Origin: Sedimentisphaerales bacterium
GTDB lineage: Bacteria > Planctomycetota > Phycisphaerae > Sedimentisphaerales > SM23-30
Reading direction: 5' to 3' (one strand)
DNA length: 64,000 bases
Assembly (NCBI GenBank): GCA_963666285.1
Contig: OY762711.1
Within the stretch, counting starts at the first letter, position 1; each line of letters opens with the position of its first letter. Both the position numbers and the translations under genes were made by a program. The notes under the pieces are model-generated. The model did not search any database, was not told the DNA's origin, and was given only the letters and a program-made list of their open reading frames with translations. Shown in pieces: positions 9,134-19,287 of the stretch.

Positions 9134-10540
9134 ATGTTGAAGACATTTTATATAGAGACGATAGGTTGTCAGATGAACAAGCTTGATTCAGAGCTTGTAG
9201 TAGGTAATCTGCAAGATCTTGGCTATCAACAGGTTGCGTCGATCGAAGAAGCGAGCGTGATCTTGTATAATACCTGTTCGGTGCGTCAGCATGCCGAGGA
9301 TAAGGTGCTGACGAAGATAAGCCAGCTTAAGAAGCGTCATCAGCATGACCGTGATTTTGTTTTGGCGGTGATCGGCTGTATGGCCGAACGGCTGGGCGAG
9401 CAGCTGCTGAATGATTATCCGCAGGTTTCGATAGTAACCAGCCCGAGTAATATATATCATCTGGCGGACCTGATAGATCGTGCTTATAACGAGCGGGTAA
9501 GTGACCCGGAAAAGAAGCAGCTTGATAATCGAATAGTTGAGTTGAATGAGCAGGCCGACCCGGACGGGCTGGAGCGTTTGGATACTTATCGGGACCGGCC
9601 TGAGGTTGCTCATCCGTTTATGGCGTTTGTGCGTGTTATGCGCGGCTGTAATAATTTCTGCAGCTATTGCATTGTGCCGCACGTGCGAGGTCGGGAACGA
9701 TCGCGTCCGCCGCAAGCGGTGTATGATGAAGTTGTTCGGCTGGTGGATAACGGGGTGAAGGAGATAACGCTGCTGGGTCAGGCGGTGAATAAGTATCAGT
9801 TTGAGGCTGACGGTAAGATGCTGACGCTGGGCGATCTGCTGTATAAGCTGCATGATATAGACGGGCTGGAGCGTTTGCGTTTTGTGACGAGCTATCCGGG
9901 TAATTTTGATAAGCAGTGTATCGAGGCGATGGCGGAGCTGGAGAAGGTGTGTCCGTACCTGCATATGCCGGCACAGAGCGGTAGTGATGTAATGCTCAAG
10001 CGTATGAATCGTCATTATACAATCGCCCAATATATGGAGATAATCGATATGGCACGCGAGCTGGTGCCGGATGTGTCGTTTGCAGGCGATTTTATCTGCG
10101 GGTTCAGCGGTGAGACGGACGAGGATCATGCCGCAACTTTGGATTTGATCAAGAATGTTCGGTATAAGAACTGTTTTGCGTTCAAATATTCTGTGCGGCC
10201 TGGAACGACGGCTGCTGATAAGTTTCCGGATGATGTGCCGGACGAGGTAAAGCAGAAGCGGCTGGCGGAATTGCTGGCGGTGCAGAGAGAGGTGTCTTTG
10301 GAAGATAATGCCAGGCTGGCGGGCAAGCGGTTCAAGGTGCTGGTGGAAGGGTTGAGTAAGAGCCCGCACCTGGCGGCGAAGGTTGAGGGGATGGCAGATT
10401 CGCAGTATCCGCAGCTGATCGGCCGGACGGGTGGTGATCATATAGTAGTGTTTAACGGGCCGGAAAGTATGGCGGGTCAGATAGTTGAGGTTGAGATTGT
10501 GGATGCTTCGTCGCTGACTTTGTTCGGAAAGAAGGCATAA
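9134..10540 (+). CDS. miaB: tRNA-2-methylthio-N6-dimethylallyladenosine synthase (radical SAM methylthiotransferase)
   Basis: GCQMNKLDSE, NTCSVRQHAEDK, CNNFCSYC, RGRERSR and a C-terminal TRAM domain. Confidence 0.95.
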   Translation: MLKTFYIETIGCQMNKLDSELVVGNLQDLGYQQVASIEEASVILYNTCSVRQHAEDKVLTKISQLKKRHQHDRDFVLAVIGCMAERLGEQLLNDYPQVSIVTSPSNIYHLADLIDRAYNERVSDPEKKQLDNRIVELNEQADPDGLERLDTYRDRPEVAHPFMAFVRVMRGCNNFCSYCIVPHVRGRERSRPPQAVYDEVVRLVDNGVKEITLLGQAVNKYQFEADGKMLTLGDLLYKLHDIDGLERLRFVTSYPGNFDKQCIEAMAELEKVCPYLHMPAQSGSDVMLKRMNRHYTIAQYMEIIDMARELVPDVSFAGDFICGFSGETDEDHAATLDLIKNVRYKNCFAFKYSVRPGTTAADKFPDDVPDEVKQKRLAELLAVQREVSLEDNARLAGKRFKVLVEGLSKSPHLAAKVEGMADSQYPQLIGRTGGDHIVVFNGPESMAGQIVEVEIVDASSLTLFGKKA

Positions 10541-10610
10541 GGCATACGGGATCTGGCATAAGGGAAGGTTTCGGCTTCGCCGAGGTTGTTTAAATCGCCT
10601 GGCGGCGAAA
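10535..10610 (+). repeat. Stand-alone mini-module: GGCATAA heptamers + GGGAAGGT + two hairpins
   Basis: AGGGAAGGTT-TCGGCTTCGCCGA...TCGCCTGGCGGCGA immediately after the miaB stop. Confidence 0.7.
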
Positions 10611-10641
10611 ACTCAATTACTAATAGAATTGGATTTAATTA

Positions 10642-11421
10642 ATGAAATTAAAATATGTGATAATTGTATATGTGGTGCTGTCGCTGGTTATGATTATTGC
10701 CTATATATCTTCGCCAAAACAATGGCGAGGTTCAATTAATACAGTAATGAATTGGGTCGAGATTACAGATAATCTAGGGTTAATTGAAGTTTATGATTAC
10801 GAAGTAAATGATGGTGTGTGGGGACTTGGCGATTATACCTGGACAAAATGTGATGTTAATTCATATGGAGTGAGTGATGAATTAGTTTTTGGTGAAACTC
10901 GAGATGGCAAGTGGTATATTTCTTATAAAGAAAGAACAAGATTCTTTGAGTTTGATAGTGAGTTAAAGGATATATTATTATTTGACACTGAGGGGGAGTT
11001 CAAAGAAAAGTTAGCTGAGTTTGGGATTGAAGAATTCAATCTTCTAGATCCAGAACAAGTGAAGTTGACAAGAACAGATCAGGAGCTGCATCCCTGGTAT
11101 TATGATACGATGAGAGGGTTGTTTGGTTTTTCTGACCCAGGTTGGGGATTATTATTTACAGCTATTGCAATTGTGATCAGCTATTTGGGAGGTAGGCATA
11201 TCAAAAGCGGTGATGGTACAGAAAGTATTTTGTTGATAAGCTATGTGTATTTAGGTGTGATCTTTGGTGTCTTCTGGGTTAATTATTTTGATCCGAGTGG
11301 TGGGGCATTTTTGTTTTTGGGGATATCAGTGTTGTTGTGTTACATGTCATATAAGATGGGTTTGAAGGGGAAGAATAAGAGGGAGAAGAAGGTATTGGGA
11401 GATGCGACTGCGGCAGACTAA
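10642..11421 (+). CDS. Hypothetical membrane protein
   Basis: N-terminal hydrophobic segment and about three C-terminal hydrophobic segments; AT-rich. Confidence 0.75.
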   Translation: MKLKYVIIVYVVLSLVMIIAYISSPKQWRGSINTVMNWVEITDNLGLIEVYDYEVNDGVWGLGDYTWTKCDVNSYGVSDELVFGETRDGKWYISYKERTRFFEFDSELKDILLFDTEGEFKEKLAEFGIEEFNLLDPEQVKLTRTDQELHPWYYDTMRGLFGFSDPGWGLLFTAIAIVISYLGGRHIKSGDGTESILLISYVYLGVIFGVFWVNYFDPSGGAFLFLGISVLLCYMSYKMGLKGKNKREKKVLGDATAAD

Positions 11422-11687
11422 GAGTTGGTGAAAGCAGGTCCTATAACAGTTGGGTGTTTCAATAGTGTTTCAGGCTGGTGATGGTGTAATGGTTGGTTAA
11501 TATCTGTATGGTTATATTAAAGGTAAGTATTTCATGTGACGATATTTAGAGGAGAAGAACGTATACCTTGACAATTATCGAGCGGTAGTATCAGGCGAGA
11601 CTTATACCTGAAGAAAACGTTAAAAGATAAATGTTATATGTAAAGGTTGTGAGTATATTAGTATAACCATTTATGATCAGGATATTT

Positions 11688-14600
11688 ATGAAGAATAGAG
11701 ATTCAAGAAGTTTAGTTAAATCCGGTTCAAGTCTGACATTGGAGTCATTGGAGAGCAGGGTTCTGCTGAACGGTTCAACGTATCAGCCTCATTTTGATTC
11801 GATCGAAAGATTTGAGATAGGTGATGATGTAAGTGGTATAATGATAAAAGACCTGGACTATGCCAGTGATGGCGGAATAGTCTTGTCCGGTCAGGGATTT
11901 TATGGCGGTGTGGACTATTTTGTCTTTGTTACCAAGATAAAAGAGGACTTGTCCGGCGTAGAATGGACTGTTGATCTAGGTTCGAGGCACCTTGGTGATA
12001 TCGAAATAGATTCGTCCGATAATATCTGGGTGTCAGCGGGAGGTGATCCTGTGGTATTAAGCTCTGATGGAAGTATAATATCAGAGATTGACCTGGTTGA
12101 TAATTTGTATTCTAACCCGACTAATAAAGGCCATTACTGGACAGCTAACAGCGGCGGTTTGACACCAACGTCTGATGGCGGAGCTTATGCATTTACCCGT
12201 ATTTCGGAATGGGAATACAGCGCGGAGTATCCAGATTACCCGATTAACCAGCAGTCACTTTACGGAATCTCGTATATATCATCGGATAACAAGATGGAGA
12301 TAGTTGCCCGATATGAAGATTACGATAGTTATTATGATTATTATTCGTATAGTGACACAGCGAAGATACCATCAGCAACGGAGATATATTTCCCGCTGAC
12401 CTACCAGGTTGATGACGGTATCTATACCTTTGATGCAAGCGGTGAGCTAGAGCTGATAAGTACAATTGATTATTCAGTGTCGAATGCCGAGGTAGGCAGT
12501 AACGGCGATTATTTTGCAGTTGGCTATTCTACCGACAATAATTATCGAAACACGGGCTATATACAGAAATATGATGAAGGTTCACTGGTATGGACGAGGA
12601 ATATCACAGATGCTACGGTTACAGCCGTTAATATCAGTTCTGACGGGACGATATATGTTTTTGGCCTGGCTTCGACCTATGCAGATTATGAAGAAGTAAA
12701 CCCGATAGAGAGTAATTACAGCAAGAGCCTTTCATATCATGTAACAGCTTATAATTCAGGCGGCAGTTTACTGTGGAGTTCGTGTTTGCCGGTGCCTAAC
12801 GATTATGATTATTCAGATGAATTCTGTGTTGAGGCGATAGCGACCAGTGCTACCGGTGATGTTGCGTTAGCGGCAGTAGGTCAGGGTGATCTAGACGAAG
12901 CTAACTGGGTTTATGACAGCTATATAAGCTTATATACGATATCGTCGGATGCATTGGAGGGACCGACCGGTGAGCTGGCAGCGAATTATGATGAGGTAGG
13001 TTATGCGTATACCGATGAATTGAACGAGAACGGGTATCTAGACCTGATATTGAACGGAGCGGATAAGAAGACAGTGACCGGCGATGAGCTGGAGCTGAGC
13101 GGCAGCGGAGCTGAAAGTGTAACGGTTTCTGGAAAGCCCAAGCTGATAGATTCAAGTACAAATACCTATAGATATACCTTGTCGGGAGAGTTTAGTGATG
13201 GTCCGGTGAGTGTGACTATCCCGTCGGGCAGTTTCGAGAACACTAACGGAGTGGCCAATGCCGAGACGGTGTCTGTGTTTGCCTCGTTTCCAAATCTGAA
13301 GCTGCTGGATATCAGTATCGAACCGGATGATTTTACCTGGGATAGCAGTGATAATCGATTTGAATATAGCGGTACGGTATCAATTGGGCCGGACGCGAGT
13401 TTGACAGGCGGCGTATTTAAGCCGGAGCTAACGGTTGAAGGTAGTCTGAATATTGATTCCGAGAAGCTGTCTGCTGAGGGAGTTGTGACAACGTCGGTTA
13501 CCGGCAGCAGCCAGGGACTGATGAACGGCAGTTTTGAAATATTGATTAATCAGGATACGACATATTATGTCCAGGATACAGATGCTTCGGTATCATCTGA
13601 GTTGACGATAGCAGGTCAGTATCTAAGATACAGTTCGATGAAGATAGGCGTGAGTAACGGTGCCGCTAAGCTGGACTTGCAGGGCGATATAAAACTGCCG
13701 ACCGAGTTCGGTTCGAATGCTATCACATTGTCAGGCGGTCAGTATCTGTCACTGACGGCGTCAGGTAAGTCGCTGAATGGAGCGACGATGACCTTTGATG
13801 ATGTGGAGATAGATCTGCCGTATCTGAATCTGACAGCGGAGCAGTTGTCGGTCGAGTATGTAGCGGCAGCGGGTACCCAGCCAGAGGCATTGAGGTTCCG
13901 CGGTAAGGTCGTGCTTCCGGAAGTGTTTGATGCAACAGCAGAGTTTATAACCGATACTTATGCCGGGACAGACGGGTATATAGAGGTTTCGGCCAGCGAT
14001 ATAAAATGGTACGGCAAGCTCAGTATAGGCGAGATTGTTATAGTAAAAGACCAGTGGGTAATAAAAGAGGCGTCGCTTGAGGTTCGTGATGTTGCCGGGG
14101 TCGGTATGAGCGTGCAGGGTGACGGTATCTTTACTGTTCCGCCGGGAATGGATATAATTTGCGGGCTTGGTTTTGTAAACGAGGAGCTGAACTATGTGAA
14201 GCTTGGAGTTGATGGCATCGAGCTGCCGATAGGAACGACAGGCGCGTTTCTACAGAGTATTAATGGTTATGTGAACAATATAGCGGATAAGGACGCCACG
14301 AAAATACAGTTTGGCGGCGGGCTGGGCTTTAGTGCCGGTAAGAAGATAGAGATAAGTCTGCCGGATTGGGCGGGCGGCGATCTGGAAGGAGCGTTAGCGG
14401 AGTTTGCGGTTGATGGCGGTTTTACATTTGAGCAGCTAACGGGTTCGGGTACGGTCAAAGTCGTAGGCGGGCTGGTAGAGGGAGCTGCGAATGCGACGTT
14501 GAACTGGGAGAAGGGTACGCTGACCTCGGCGTGTACTGCGACGGCGTTGAATAACCTGCTGACAATTAACGGTACGATGAAAGCAGATTCGAAGATGAAT

Positions 14601-16832
14601 TTGAATATGATCGGAACCGGCAGTGTTGCAATTCCTTCGATTATCCCGATATGGGGCGGTCAGAATATTGGTAATGGCACCACAGTATTTAAATTTACCA
14701 ATGATGATGATTACTCAAATGATTATGCTGCGGGTTGGGGTACAACGTCGATAACCGCATTTGGCAAGAAGTATGATTTCACAATCGGTATAAAGGTTAA
14801 CCTGGACGGCAGCTACAGTTTCCTGGGTGGTAAGGAAGCGGCCCAGGCCCAGGCCGGAGCCAAGAGCAGTTTGACAAAAGCATATAATAGTAAAGCGATT
14901 AATACAGTATCAACGGTTTATACAGCAGAGGAAGATGCTGACTGGCTGCTGATTAATGCTAGCTGGGACAGCGGCAGTGTTGCCGAGATCCTGCTGACAG
15001 CTCCTGACGGGACCGTTTATGATGAGGTGGCTATTGATGCCAGCGATTTTATAATGGTTGTAGATGATCTATCATCAAACGGCAGTAAGGTGCTATTGAT
15101 AGATTCACCGGATGCCGGGAGCTGGACATTGACAGTTCAGTCAAATGACGATCTCGGCAATGTTGATTTTAATGGGTACGAGCCAGCCGAAGGTTCGGAG
15201 GTTGCCATTGATTCGGCGGTAGTAAATGCGTATACGAGTAAAGTCAGTATACAATATACCGGCGGTTCGGAAGTTTCGTTCTATTATGATACTGATGGCG
15301 AAGGAAATGACGGGATACTGATAGGTACAGAGTTGGCAGACGGGAGCTATAGTTGGGACACATCGTCGGTTGCGGCCGGAACATATTATATTTATGCAAC
15401 GACAGCCGGTGAGGGTGATGTGCCGTATGTGAGTTATTATGCCGAGCCGGTGGTGATAGAATCATCATTGCCGACAACAGAAGTTGCAATAGGTACCGGC
15501 GGTGCGTCAAAAGTGCAGTATGTTGACAGCGACGGGACGGTAGTTTCAATAGCGGTGAAATCGGCAGCGGCAACCCTGTCATTTGTAGGTGACAATATAG
15601 TTGTTGATGGTAGTAAAAGCGTTATAGTTTCTGGTGATAATCTGCTGCTGAACGAAATGTATGTGACAGAGAGCAGCGCGGCAAGCTCTATAGCAATTTC
15701 GGCCAAAGGCGGCAGTGATAATTCGGTAGATATCGGCGATATAATTTCCGGTTCGCTGAAGAGTATTTCCGGTAAGGGCGTTAATCTTATCGGTAATATC
15801 GGAGTTGCCGGCAGCCTGGCAAGTTTGAGCTGGGGAGATATTTCGGATAACAGTGAGGTGATAGTTGCCGAAGCCGGAAGCGGTTGCACGGTAAAAGCGG
15901 GCAATATCGGCGAGAACGTAGAGATCAGTATTTTGGATACGGTTAAAAGTGTCGCGGTGCTGTCATTTGGTTCAGGTGAAGTTAACAGCCTGGAACTGGG
16001 TAAATTCAGTGTAAAAGAAGGTGATGTCGATGTAGATGTCTTGACAACTACTGGTGGAATTGGCGGAATAGCAGTTAGCGGAGATTTGTCAGGAGAGATT
16101 TTGTCAACCGGTCCGGTAAAAGCGGTTGCAAGTAAGAGCGGGACGATCAGCAGCTATATTATTTCCTATGAAGGTATTGGCAAAGTTAGTGCGTATGCAT
16201 TTGATCATGCGGCGATATACGGTACGTCAGTCGGTTCGGTTAGTTGTAAAGGCGAGATGGGTACCTCGGTAATATTTACAACAGAAGGTGATCTGGGTGC
16301 GGTAAAGGCCGGCGGCGATATTGATTTGATAGCTTCAATCAACGGTACTATTAAATCTATCAGCACTAAAGGAGATATCAGCGGTCGGATAGATGCGGTA
16401 AATGAGATAAGTAAGATATCAGCTAACAATATGTCAGGGGCAAAGGTTTGCTGTTTGAATAATATCGGTGCTATCTCGCTTGCAGGCGATATGATTGATT
16501 CCTGGATATTGTCCGGTTACAGTCTGGGCGATGATACCAGGCCGGGCAGTGATGATGTGTTTGGCTCCGGCGATATCAAGAGTGTATCTGTTAAGGGAGT
16601 ATATAGCGGTAGTGTAATTTCAGCCGGTAAGCTGCCAGATATTTCAGCATTAACTGATATTGGTAATATCGATTTACCTTACGAACTTAACGGTTCAATC
16701 GGGTCGATAAAATTCGGCAGTGTTGCTTATGATGCAGACAGTGTTTTTGGCATATTTGCGGCAGATGGAATAAAGTCAGCTAAAGATGGCAATGCCAATG
16801 CCGAGACAAACGGCAATTTTATTGTTGGTTGA
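11688..16832 (+). CDS. Large secreted/surface protein with LEPR-XLL (planctomycete extracellular) signature
   Basis: LTLESLESRVLL near the N-terminus, followed by propeller-like, Ig-like and Gly/Ser-rich beta-helix-like repeat regions. Confidence 0.85.
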   Translation: MKNRDSRSLVKSGSSLTLESLESRVLLNGSTYQPHFDSIERFEIGDDVSGIMIKDLDYASDGGIVLSGQGFYGGVDYFVFVTKIKEDLSGVEWTVDLGSRHLGDIEIDSSDNIWVSAGGDPVVLSSDGSIISEIDLVDNLYSNPTNKGHYWTANSGGLTPTSDGGAYAFTRISEWEYSAEYPDYPINQQSLYGISYISSDNKMEIVARYEDYDSYYDYYSYSDTAKIPSATEIYFPLTYQVDDGIYTFDASGELELISTIDYSVSNAEVGSNGDYFAVGYSTDNNYRNTGYIQKYDEGSLVWTRNITDATVTAVNISSDGTIYVFGLASTYADYEEVNPIESNYSKSLSYHVTAYNSGGSLLWSSCLPVPNDYDYSDEFCVEAIATSATGDVALAAVGQGDLDEANWVYDSYISLYTISSDALEGPTGELAANYDEVGYAYTDELNENGYLDLILNGADKKTVTGDELELSGSGAESVTVSGKPKLIDSSTNTYRYTLSGEFSDGPVSVTIPSGSFENTNGVANAETVSVFASFPNLKLLDISIEPDDFTWDSSDNRFEYSGTVSIGPDASLTGGVFKPELTVEGSLNIDSEKLSAEGVVTTSVTGSSQGLMNGSFEILINQDTTYYVQDTDASVSSELTIAGQYLRYSSMKIGVSNGAAKLDLQGDIKLPTEFGSNAITLSGGQYLSLTASGKSLNGATMTFDDVEIDLPYLNLTAEQLSVEYVAAAGTQPEALRFRGKVVLPEVFDATAEFITDTYAGTDGYIEVSASDIKWYGKLSIGEIVIVKDQWVIKEASLEVRDVAGVGMSVQGDGIFTVPPGMDIICGLGFVNEELNYVKLGVDGIELPIGTTGAFLQSINGYVNNIADKDATKIQFGGGLGFSAGKKIEISLPDWAGGDLEGALAEFAVDGGFTFEQLTGSGTVKVVGGLVEGAANATLNWEKGTLTSACTATALNNLLTINGTMKADSKMNLNMIGTGSVAIPSIIPIWGGQNIGNGTTVFKFTNDDDYSNDYAAGWGTTSITAFGKKYDFTIGIKVNLDGSYSFLGGKEAAQAQAGAKSSLTKAYNSKAINTVSTVYTAEEDADWLLINASWDSGSVAEILLTAPDGTVYDEVAIDASDFIMVVDDLSSNGSKVLLIDSPDAGSWTLTVQSNDDLGNVDFNGYEPAEGSEVAIDSAVVNAYTSKVSIQYTGGSEVSFYYDTDGEGNDGILIGTELADGSYSWDTSSVAAGTYYIYATTAGEGDVPYVSYYAEPVVIESSLPTTEVAIGTGGASKVQYVDSDGTVVSIAVKSAAATLSFVGDNIVVDGSKSVIVSGDNLLLNEMYVTESSAASSIAISAKGGSDNSVDIGDIISGSLKSISGKGVNLIGNIGVAGSLASLSWGDISDNSEVIVAEAGSGCTVKAGNIGENVEISILDTVKSVAVLSFGSGEVNSLELGKFSVKEGDVDVDVLTTTGGIGGIAVSGDLSGEILSTGPVKAVASKSGTISSYIISYEGIGKVSAYAFDHAAIYGTSVGSVSCKGEMGTSVIFTTEGDLGAVKAGGDIDLIASINGTIKSISTKGDISGRIDAVNEISKISANNMSGAKVCCLNNIGAISLAGDMIDSWILSGYSLGDDTRPGSDDVFGSGDIKSVSVKGVYSGSVISAGKLPDISALTDIGNIDLPYELNGSIGSIKFGSVAYDADSVFGIFAADGIKSAKDGNANAETNGNFIVG

Positions 16833-17086
16833 GTAAACTGACTGATAATCAGCAAAAATATAAGGTGTTGCTCCGCCAAAGTTGGATTTGATTCAGTGAA
16901 CTTATTTAAAAGCTTTGCCGGAGGCGGCGTTTTCAATGCTACTGTTCCAGAAGCTGCCTTAAATATAACTTATGTTTTGACCATGTTTGATGATTGATAG
17001 AGTTGTATCTTTATTTACGGCTTGAATGATACGAAAGTTATTTACTCAAACTGACCGATGGCCAGTTTGAGAGGTATTTGTTGTTA

Positions 17087-17125
17087 GGTATTGGGTATTA
17101 GGGAAGGTTTGCCGCAAAGCGGCAA
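17087..17125 (+). repeat. Stand-alone mini-module: heptamer pair + GGGAAGGT + hairpin
   Basis: 22 bp identical to 4580-4601, followed by a different hairpin TTGCCGC-AAA-GCGGCAA. Confidence 0.75.
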
Positions 17126-17494
17126 GCTAATTAAATCATTAATGTAACAATTTGTATTAAATTGTGTTACAGCAATAAAAAGTGTAAAATCGGTCACTTT
17201 GAATTATTTAATATAGTAAAAGCTTAATTGGTTTTAATAATAGAAATGAGATATTAGAGCATTGCCGACTTATTCGGGAGAGTTTGAAACTCAAATAGGT
17301 GTTTTTGTATATTGAGTGCAAAAGGTGGTGATGGCAGAAATAAAAGTGGTGATAGTAAAACAGGTTTTGCGCTAAATTGAGTGTTTTACAGCAGAATATA
17401 TCATATTTTGTTTTGAATAAATTTATGTTATGGTATAATCCTTCCCAAGTAGAAATTCTTTTATAATTCAAATTATATCTATAGGAGTAAAACA

Positions 17495-19072
17495 ATGAAG
17501 AGGTTTATTCTTTTATCTGTTGCGCTGGTGGGAATTTTATACTGTAATTTTGTTTCAGCTGAGATCACTATTAATGATACCAATGAATCAGCAAAACTGA
17601 CAGTACATGTAAATGACGGCAAATATAGAATTGAGCCTGATATTTACGGTCATTTTGCCGAGCATCTGGGCCGTTGTGTTTATGAAGGGTTCTGGGTAGG
17701 CGAGGATTCTGATATCCCAAATGTTCGCGGAATAAGGACAGATGTTGTGGAGGCTTTGAAGAAGCTGGATATACCTGTGCTACGCTGGCCGGGCGGATGT
17801 TTTGCGGATGAGTATCACTGGAAGGATGGGATAGGTCCACGTGATAAAAGAGCAAAGATGATTAATACTCACTGGGGCATGGTAACAGATACCAATGCAT
17901 TTGGAACACATGAGTTTTTGGATTTATGTGATATGCTGGGTTGTGAGGCATATATTGCCGGTAATATGGGTTCCGGTACTCCAGAAGAGATGCAGGACTG
18001 GGTGGAGTATATGACCTTTGATGGTGATAGTGATATGGCTAACCTTCGACGGGCAAACGGTCGTGAGAAGCCATGGAAGATAAAGTATTTTGGTGTCGGT
18101 AATGAAAACTGGGGCTGCGGCGGCAATATGACACCTGAATATTATTCTGACCTTTATAAGAGGTATCAGACTTATGTTCGCAATTATCCGGGCAGCAGGA
18201 TAATAAAAGTAGCGTGCGGTCCAAACGGCGGTGATCCAAGCTGGACGGATTCAATCATGAAACATATTGGAACCAGGATGGGCGGATTCGGTCTGCATTA
18301 TTATGTTCGCGGGACCGGCAGCTGGGGCCATAACCAGAAAGGCAGCGCAACTGTTTTTGATGAGACAGAATGGTTCTACCTGATGAAGAATACTCTAAAC
18401 ATTGATAATCTTATCAAAAAGAATATCGAGGTTATGGATAAATACGACAATCGCGGCCGTGTTGCTCTTTATATTGATGAATGGGGAACATGGTGGGATG
18501 AAGAGCAGGGCACCAAGGGCGGTTTCCTGTACCAGCAGAACACATTGCGTGATGCGGTATCGGCGAGTATCTACCTGAACTCATTCAATAATCATTGCGA
18601 TCGAGTAAAGATGTGTGCTATTGCCCAGATCAATAATGTTCTTCAGGCGATGGTTCTGACTGATAAAGAAAAAATGCTGGTAACCCCAACCTATCATGTA
18701 TTTGAAATGTATAAAGTTCACCAGGGAGCTACAATGCTGCCGGTTGACCTGGCATGTAATGCATATACAAGAGATGATATCAAGCTACCTTCCTTGACAG
18801 CTTCGGTTTCAAAAGACAGCAGTGGTGTTATCCATATAACAATGTGTAATATGGATCCCGGCAAACCGGCGATGCTGGAATGTTCACTAGATGGTGTGAA
18901 GGCAAAGAGTGTTAGCGGCAGAGTCTTAACAGCAGATAAGATGAATGCTCATAATACATTTGAAGAGCCAGAGAATATCAAGCCAGCTGAATTTGATGAT
19001 GTCAGTATCGTTAATGGTGAAATATTTGCAGCCCTGCCTCCAATGAGTGTGGTTGTTTTAGAAGTTAAATAA
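17495..19072 (+). CDS. Alpha-L-arabinofuranosidase, GH51, with signal peptide
   Basis: GHFAEHLGRC, RWPGGCFADEYHW, GNENWGCGG (acid/base Glu) and DEWGTW (nucleophile Glu). Confidence 0.95.
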   Translation: MKRFILLSVALVGILYCNFVSAEITINDTNESAKLTVHVNDGKYRIEPDIYGHFAEHLGRCVYEGFWVGEDSDIPNVRGIRTDVVEALKKLDIPVLRWPGGCFADEYHWKDGIGPRDKRAKMINTHWGMVTDTNAFGTHEFLDLCDMLGCEAYIAGNMGSGTPEEMQDWVEYMTFDGDSDMANLRRANGREKPWKIKYFGVGNENWGCGGNMTPEYYSDLYKRYQTYVRNYPGSRIIKVACGPNGGDPSWTDSIMKHIGTRMGGFGLHYYVRGTGSWGHNQKGSATVFDETEWFYLMKNTLNIDNLIKKNIEVMDKYDNRGRVALYIDEWGTWWDEEQGTKGGFLYQQNTLRDAVSASIYLNSFNNHCDRVKMCAIAQINNVLQAMVLTDKEKMLVTPTYHVFEMYKVHQGATMLPVDLACNAYTRDDIKLPSLTASVSKDSSGVIHITMCNMDPGKPAMLECSLDGVKAKSVSGRVLTADKMNAHNTFEEPENIKPAEFDDVSIVNGEIFAALPPMSVVVLEVK

Positions 19073-19218
19073 AGTAAGAAGAAGTCTGCAATAGGGTGGA
19101 TTGTCGTGAGAACGGCAAACTGTACACATAGTGTATGATTTTGCCCGATCGCTCGTAAGGTAGATGTAATGTAATCAATTTGCCACGCTCGAGCGGTCAT
19201 TTTCAACTGTTATGGGTA

Positions 19219-19265
19219 TAAAAAAAAGAGCGGAGAGAGCAATTAAGTTCTTTCCGCTTTTTTAT
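19219..19265. terminator. Bidirectional intrinsic terminator
   Basis: A-tract, AGCGGAGAGA...TCTTTCCGCT stem and T-tract between convergent genes. Confidence 0.7.
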
Positions 19266-19287
19266 TAGCACAAACTAGTTGAGTAAT

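Noticed and set aside
9188..10441. 417-aa ORF antisense to miaB
   Set aside because: Shadow frame of a conserved gene; no motif and odd composition, explained by codon bias.
17208..17495. 95-aa minus-strand ORF upstream of the GH51 gene
   Set aside because: AT-rich promoter region, low-complexity translation, no RBS.
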